Shown here: positions 48,190-52,838 of the stretch, in pieces
Position numbering within the stretch: position 1 is the first letter of the stretch
Layout of the letters: each line of letters begins with the position of its first letter
Assembly (NCBI GenBank): GCA_019058365.1
Contig: JAHPZE010000030.1
Span: forward strand, 1-52,838
DNA length: 52,838 nucleotides
Source of the DNA: Promethearchaeota archaeon
GTDB lineage: Archaea > Asgardarchaeota > Lokiarchaeia > Sigyniarchaeales > SOKP01
Direction of reading: 5' to 3'
Made by a program: the position numbers and the translations under genes
Notes under the pieces: generated by a model
The model's input: only the letters and a program-made list of their open reading frames with translations
What the model was told of the DNA's origin: nothing
The model's database searches: none

Positions 48190-49530
48190 TTAGATCTCCT
48201 CCGCTTCATTATTTGAAGCTAAAGTAGCAGCTTCTATAAATGAGTTAATTGAATCTTTTGAATTCATTTCAGTTACACACACTAATGCTATATTTTTCAT
48301 TTCAGGAAAATAACTTGATATTTTTAGAGGAGGTTGAAGATCCCGTTGTTTGCATAGGTTACTTAGAGCATCAATATTGGGACATTTGACTAAAAACTCA
48401 TTATAAGTTGGTTTTTTATTTATTATTTCATAACCAGGAATTTTACTTAATCTCATTTTTACATAGTGAGCTTTCTGAACATTTTGAGATGCAATTTCTT
48501 TTAAACCAGTTCTTCCTAGAGATAAAAGGTATATTAATGCAGCTAATGAACATAATGCTTGATTAGTGCATATATTAGAACTTGCTTTTTCTCTACGAAT
48601 ATGTTGTTCGCGTGCTTGTAGAGTTAATATAAATCCATATTGATCTCCATTAATTTCTTTTGTTTTTCCAATCAGTCTTCCAGGGATCTTCCTTAAGTAT
48701 TTTTGTTTAGCAGTAAAGATTCCTAATCCAGGCCCCCCAAAAGAGGGGTTTAAACCAAAAGGTTGTCCTTCAGCAACAAAAATATCTATATCAGTTGATC
48801 CAGGGGGATTCAAGATACCTAAACATGTTGGATCAGTCATAACTTGAATAATCATACAATTAGAATTCTTTTCTCTTAGATTTTTGACAATTTTCAAGGT
48901 ATCTTCAATATCACCAAAAAAATTTGGACTTTGAAACAATACAGCTGCTACATCACTATTTAATTTTTCTTTTAAAATTTCTTCACTGGCAGTTTCCACA
49001 CAGATATTTTGGCCCCAACAATAAGTTCTAACTACGTCTTCATATTCTGGGTGAATACCCTTAAGTAATATAACGGTTTTTTTGCCTGTAATAATTGTTG
49101 ACATAATAGCCGCTTCAGCTAGGGCAGTTGATCCATCATACATACTAGCATTAGCGACATCCATCTGTGTAAGTCGAGAAATAATTGTTTGATATTCATA
49201 GATAGCTTGTAAGTAACCCTGACTTGCCTCAGCTTGATAGGGTGTATAGGAAGTATAAAACTCTGATCTCGATGTTATAAAATCAACTAAAGAGGGAATA
49301 TAATGATAATAACATCCTGCTCCTAAGAAAGAACTCGAATATATTTTATTCTTTTGAGAAATTTTCTTAATTTGCTGTATAAGATCTGGTTCAGATAAAC
49401 CAGAAGGTAGATTTAATTTATCGAAACGTAGATCGTTAGAGATATCTTGAAAGAGTTCTTGTAAAGATTTCACACCAATTACATTTAACATTTCCGCAAC
49501 TGTTTTATTATCATGAGGAATAAAATCCAA
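48190..49530 (-). CDS. gcvPA: Glycine dehydrogenase subunit 1
   Basis: YTPYQAEASQG, NASMYDG, REQHIRREKASSNICTNQAL. Confidence 0.95.
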   Translation of the reverse strand: MDFIPHDNKTVAEMLNVIGVKSLQELFQDISNDLRFDKLNLPSGLSEPDLIQQIKKISQKNKIYSSSFLGAGCYYHYIPSLVDFITSRSEFYTSYTPYQAEASQGYLQAIYEYQTIISRLTQMDVANASMYDGSTALAEAAIMSTIITGKKTVILLKGIHPEYEDVVRTYCWGQNICVETASEEILKEKLNSDVAAVLFQSPNFFGDIEDTLKIVKNLREKNSNCMIIQVMTDPTCLGILNPPGSTDIDIFVAEGQPFGLNPSFGGPGLGIFTAKQKYLRKIPGRLIGKTKEINGDQYGFILTLQAREQHIRREKASSNICTNQALCSLAALIYLLSLGRTGLKEIASQNVQKAHYVKMRLSKIPGYEIINKKPTYNEFLVKCPNIDALSNLCKQRDLQPPLKISSYFPEMKNIALVCVTEMNSKDSINSFIEAATLASNNEAEEI

Positions 49531-49588
49531 ACTATCTCTCCTTTTAAGAGTTTATTACAAATTAATTAAAACAATAAAGAAAAAAATA

Positions 49589-49993
49589 TTAATTTTCTTC
49601 GTTTTGGATTATTTGTTTATATTTATCAGCAGATAAAAGCTCATCTATTTCATTCTCATCAGAATATTCAATCTTTATCATCCATCCCTCTGCAAATGGA
49701 GAAGAATTCACAAACCCCGGATTATCAGCAAGTTTTTGGTTAACCGCAATAATTTCTCCTGATAATGGCATAATTAAATCACCCACAGCTTTTACTGATT
49801 CAATTTCGGCGGCATTGCTTCCCTTTTCGAATACCACACCAACTTCAGGGAGTTCTACAAATACAATATCACCTAATTGATGTTGGGCATAATCAGTAAT
49901 TCCGACTGTTGCGATTGAATTTTCAATTCTTATCCATTCATGAGTTGATGCATATTTTAAACCGTCAGGAAATTTATAATCCATAATTTTCAC
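49589..49993 (-). CDS. gcvH: Glycine cleavage system H protein
   Basis: HEW, GITDYAQ..LGD, ESVKA lipoyl-Lys. Confidence 0.95.
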   Translation of the reverse strand: MKIMDYKFPDGLKYASTHEWIRIENSIATVGITDYAQHQLGDIVFVELPEVGVVFEKGSNAAEIESVKAVGDLIMPLSGEIIAVNQKLADNPGFVNSSPFAEGWMIKIEYSDENEIDELLSADKYKQIIQNEEN

Positions 49994-50009
49994 ATCTTAA
50001 TATTGATTT

Positions 50010-51107
50010 TTATACATTTCTATAAAAGGGTGTAGAAACAATCTTTCCTCTTAAGAATTTATTTCGAATTTCTATTTTAATTTCAGTTCCTATTTCTTTA
50101 TATCGTTTATTCACAATTCCTAAACCAATAGTTTTTTTTAGAGTAGGAGAATATCCGCCAGAAGTGACAAATCCAATTTGATTCCCATTTTTAAAGATTT
50201 TATAATTCTCTCTAATAATTCCCTTATCTATTAAATTAAGACCGACGATAATTCTTTGAGTTCCTTCAGATTTTTGTTTCATCAATACCTCTTTGCCTAT
50301 ATAATTAATTCCTTCTTTAGGTTTTACTAACCAACTAAGTCCCGCTTCCACCGGAGTAATAGCATCACTTATCTCATGCTCATATAATGAATAACAAGCT
50401 TCTAATCTCAATGAATCTCTCGCTCCTAAACCAGCGGGACTAGCTCCAGTATTTAATAGGTCATTCCATATCTTCTCTGCAAATTCATTTTCAAAGGAGA
50501 TTTCAAATCCACGCTCACCTGTGTATCCTGTTCGGGCTATGAAGATAGAATTACCTTTAATCTTGCAATGGGCAAAATAAAACCTATTAATTTGAGGAAG
50601 ATCAACATCTACAAGTGGTTGAAGAATTTCATCTACCTTTGGACCTTGAAATGCTATTCGCGATCTTTGCGCTGAAAGATCTGTGATTTGAACATCAAAT
50701 TCTCCTTTATGTGCATTAAGCCATTGCAAGTCTTTTTCAATATTACCCGCATTAACAATCATTCTAAAACGCTCAGGAGTTTCCTCATAATATACAAGAT
50801 CATCTACAACTGTTCCATTTTCATAACACATACAGGAATATTGACCTTTAGATGGTTCCAATAAATTTAAATCATTTATCATAACATATTGGAGGAATTC
50901 AATGACATCTTTACCTTCGAGAAGAAATTCACCCATATGTGAGATATCAAATACACCAGCGTAAGAACGTACTGCGTTATGTTCCTTGATAATACTTTCA
51001 TATTGAACGGGCATCTTCCATCCGGCAAAGCTAACCATCCGTGCACCATGTTTTATATGAATGTCGTATAGTGCAGTTTTTCTAATATCATTAGGATTAT
51101 CACTCAA
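50010..51107 (-). CDS. gcvT: Aminomethyltransferase (T protein)
   Basis: FAGWKMPVQY, FDISHMG, RTGYTGERGFE, GLGARDSLRLEA. Confidence 0.95.
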   Translation of the reverse strand: MSDNPNDIRKTALYDIHIKHGARMVSFAGWKMPVQYESIIKEHNAVRSYAGVFDISHMGEFLLEGKDVIEFLQYVMINDLNLLEPSKGQYSCMCYENGTVVDDLVYYEETPERFRMIVNAGNIEKDLQWLNAHKGEFDVQITDLSAQRSRIAFQGPKVDEILQPLVDVDLPQINRFYFAHCKIKGNSIFIARTGYTGERGFEISFENEFAEKIWNDLLNTGASPAGLGARDSLRLEACYSLYEHEISDAITPVEAGLSWLVKPKEGINYIGKEVLMKQKSEGTQRIIVGLNLIDKGIIRENYKIFKNGNQIGFVTSGGYSPTLKKTIGLGIVNKRYKEIGTEIKIEIRNKFLRGKIVSTPFYRNV

Positions 51108-51182
51108 AATTTCTACACAACTTACGGTATTAATGTTTTGGAGATATATAGTGAAATAAAATAGTATGGATAATTAAAATTT

Positions 51183-51206
51183 TTTGGCTTTTAGATATGA
51201 GCCAAA
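51183..51206. promoter_or_regulatory. Inverted repeat, operator candidate in the divergent gcv promoter region
   Basis: TTTGGCT-N10-AGCCAAA. Confidence 0.35.
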
Positions 51207-51281
51207 GGCTTACATTCTTTATGATAATGTTCTAGATTAAAACCGTAAAAATTTATTTGTTACGTATATTTTAATAAAAAA

Positions 51282-52157
51282 ATGACTGAAAAAAATAACG
51301 ATGAACATTATTTATCATTAAAAGATTTAATATCCGAAAGTTTTTTGTGTGATTTGATTTTATTTACTTTCCTTTTTATCTTAATCATTACGCAAACATG
51401 GGATAATATCTTATTTTTACTTTTCCCATTGATTACATTTACATTTTCACTATTTTTTAGGCTTCTCAGTTCTAATAAGAAGAGAACTGAATTTGAAAAA
51501 AGTTATGTTGTTTATAATCCTTTCGGCTCCGAAGGAAAAAATGCAAATCGGTTGTTTTATTTAGCACAATTTCAATTGATCTTAATTTTCTGGCTAGGTG
51601 CGGAGTCATTATACAATCCTCATTTAGTCGAGAATTATTACTTCTATTTTACAGGTATTCTTATCTTTTTATACACATTTGCATTTTTTTGGATTTTTAT
51701 TGATTTATGGAAGTATTCACGGTTTGAAATTATAACCAGCGAGATTGAGGGTAAATTAGATCCTCATCTTTCAATTGATTCGAGAAATATAATCTCTTTT
51801 TTAAAATTGAAGACTTTAAAGATGATCTCTGTCATTAACCTCTTAGTTTTTATACTTTTAAACATTACTAATTTGATTTTTTTACTTCTAATAAGCAATA
51901 ATCCAATTTTAGGTATACAGGTTTATCTCCCAGGCTCACAATTAATACCTTTCTCATATATTTTATATGGAATCCTGTTTATCTCGCCTATTTTGACAAT
52001 TATTATTCTCATGTTAAATTATAGAACTATTAACGATTTCAATAAAGAAAAGTTAGACAAACTTATCGAACCACTACCGAGAAATATACAAATTAATATA
52101 ATTGAGAATCTTAAATCCTTGAACAATAAAATAAAAGAACAATTGAAAAGTGAATAA
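51282..52157 (+). CDS. Hypothetical multi-pass membrane protein
   Basis: About six TM helices; no motif recognised. Confidence 0.7.
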   Translation: MTEKNNDEHYLSLKDLISESFLCDLILFTFLFILIITQTWDNILFLLFPLITFTFSLFFRLLSSNKKRTEFEKSYVVYNPFGSEGKNANRLFYLAQFQLILIFWLGAESLYNPHLVENYYFYFTGILIFLYTFAFFWIFIDLWKYSRFEIITSEIEGKLDPHLSIDSRNIISFLKLKTLKMISVINLLVFILLNITNLIFLLLISNNPILGIQVYLPGSQLIPFSYILYGILFISPILTIIILMLNYRTINDFNKEKLDKLIEPLPRNIQINIIENLKSLNNKIKEQLKSE

Positions 52158-52221
52158 AAATTTATTAAATCATCATTTATATTATTATTAATTATCTCTC
52201 AAAAAAAGTAGGGTCTGGATC

Positions 52222-52758
52222 ATGTGCGCGGCGCGAAAAATGTTGTTCAAAATCGTTGTTGTAGGGGATGGAGGGGTAGGTAAAAGTACTATGGTTCAGA
52301 GATTAATCACTGACCAGTTTATCCCAATGAAAATTACGATAGGTACAGATTTGGCTACATATGATGTTCAAATTGATGAGACTTTCGATATAAGACTCCA
52401 GATATGGGATTTTGCTGGAGAAAGACGTTTTAGGCTTTTTTTACCCAATTATTCTAGGGGAGCGACTGGTTGTCTTCTATGCTATGATATTACTCGTAGA
52501 ACAAGTTTTGATTCTTTAGAAGAATGGTATAAAATTGTAAACAATAATGCAGATAATCCTATTTTCATTTTAGTGGGGGAAAAGCTTGATTTAGCAGATA
52601 TAAGAAGAAGTGTAGAATATGAACATGCTGAAGAATTTAAAGAAAAATACAATATTGCCTATTTATTTGAAACTTCTTCAAAGAGTGGAGAAAACAATAA
52701 AATGATTTTTAAAACATTAACTCGCTCGATTTTGAGAAAAAAGGAATTTATCAGGTAA
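52222..52758 (+). CDS. Rab-like small GTPase
   Basis: GDGGVGKS, TIGTD, LQIWDFAGERRF, EKLD, ETSSK. Confidence 0.93.
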   Translation: MCAARKMLFKIVVVGDGGVGKSTMVQRLITDQFIPMKITIGTDLATYDVQIDETFDIRLQIWDFAGERRFRLFLPNYSRGATGCLLCYDITRRTSFDSLEEWYKIVNNNADNPIFILVGEKLDLADIRRSVEYEHAEEFKEKYNIAYLFETSSKSGENNKMIFKTLTRSILRKKEFIR

Positions 52759-52838
52759 ATTATTCAATTTTAAAAGAAAAATACAACAGTTCCAAAGGAT
52801 TTTGAAGAATGAATCCTAATAAACTATGATTTATTCTA

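Noticed and set aside
51108-51281. Glycine riboswitch upstream of gcvT
   Set aside because: No GGAGA/CCGAAG/CUCAGG-type aptamer motifs on the minus strand.
1-52838. CRISPR arrays, tRNA/rRNA genes, integrases, intact transposases
   Set aside because: No regularly spaced repeats, GC-rich cloverleaf or rRNA segments, or recombinase/DDE motifs were seen by eye; a tRNAscan or cmscan run would be the proper test.

Overview
AT-rich archaeal chromosomal window, almost certainly from an Asgard archaeon of the Lokiarchaeia type. The assignment rests on three Rab-like small GTPases, a Snf7/ESCRT-III gene, a roadblock-domain protein, an archaeal histone, rpl35Ae and the conserved archaeal pus10-rpl21e-rpo4-DUF655-rsmA-hemK2 cluster. 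Metabolic genes cover peptide and amino-acid catabolism (M29, two M20, C69, RidA, glycine cleavage T/H/PA/PB), glycogen (GT, GH57), AroB', IlvC and a MetE-like domain. The ORF track misses or truncates several things. (1) A peroxiredoxin-like selenoprotein with an in-frame UGA in a W-U-x-x-C motif, followed by a eukaryote-type SECIS candidate just after its stop. (2) Three conserved genes (rpl21e, ESCRT-III, XPD) whose N-termini have no ATG/GTG/TTG and apparently start at ATA/ATC behind Shine-Dalgarno-like motifs. (3) A diverged direct repeat of about 310 bp that begins in the 3' end of the histone gene and brackets a 3.5-kb cargo. (4) A hairpin over the histone stop codon that is preserved between the two repeat copies by compensatory substitutions and resembles the eukaryotic histone-mRNA stem-loop. 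Also notable are a Zn-finger/coiled-coil/PH-like/Pro-rich/steadiness-box-like protein near the orphan ESCRT-III gene and a nucleoside kinase ending in a PIP box. No rRNA, tRNA, CRISPR array, integrase or intact transposase was recognised. All calls are by eye from motifs; no searches were run.
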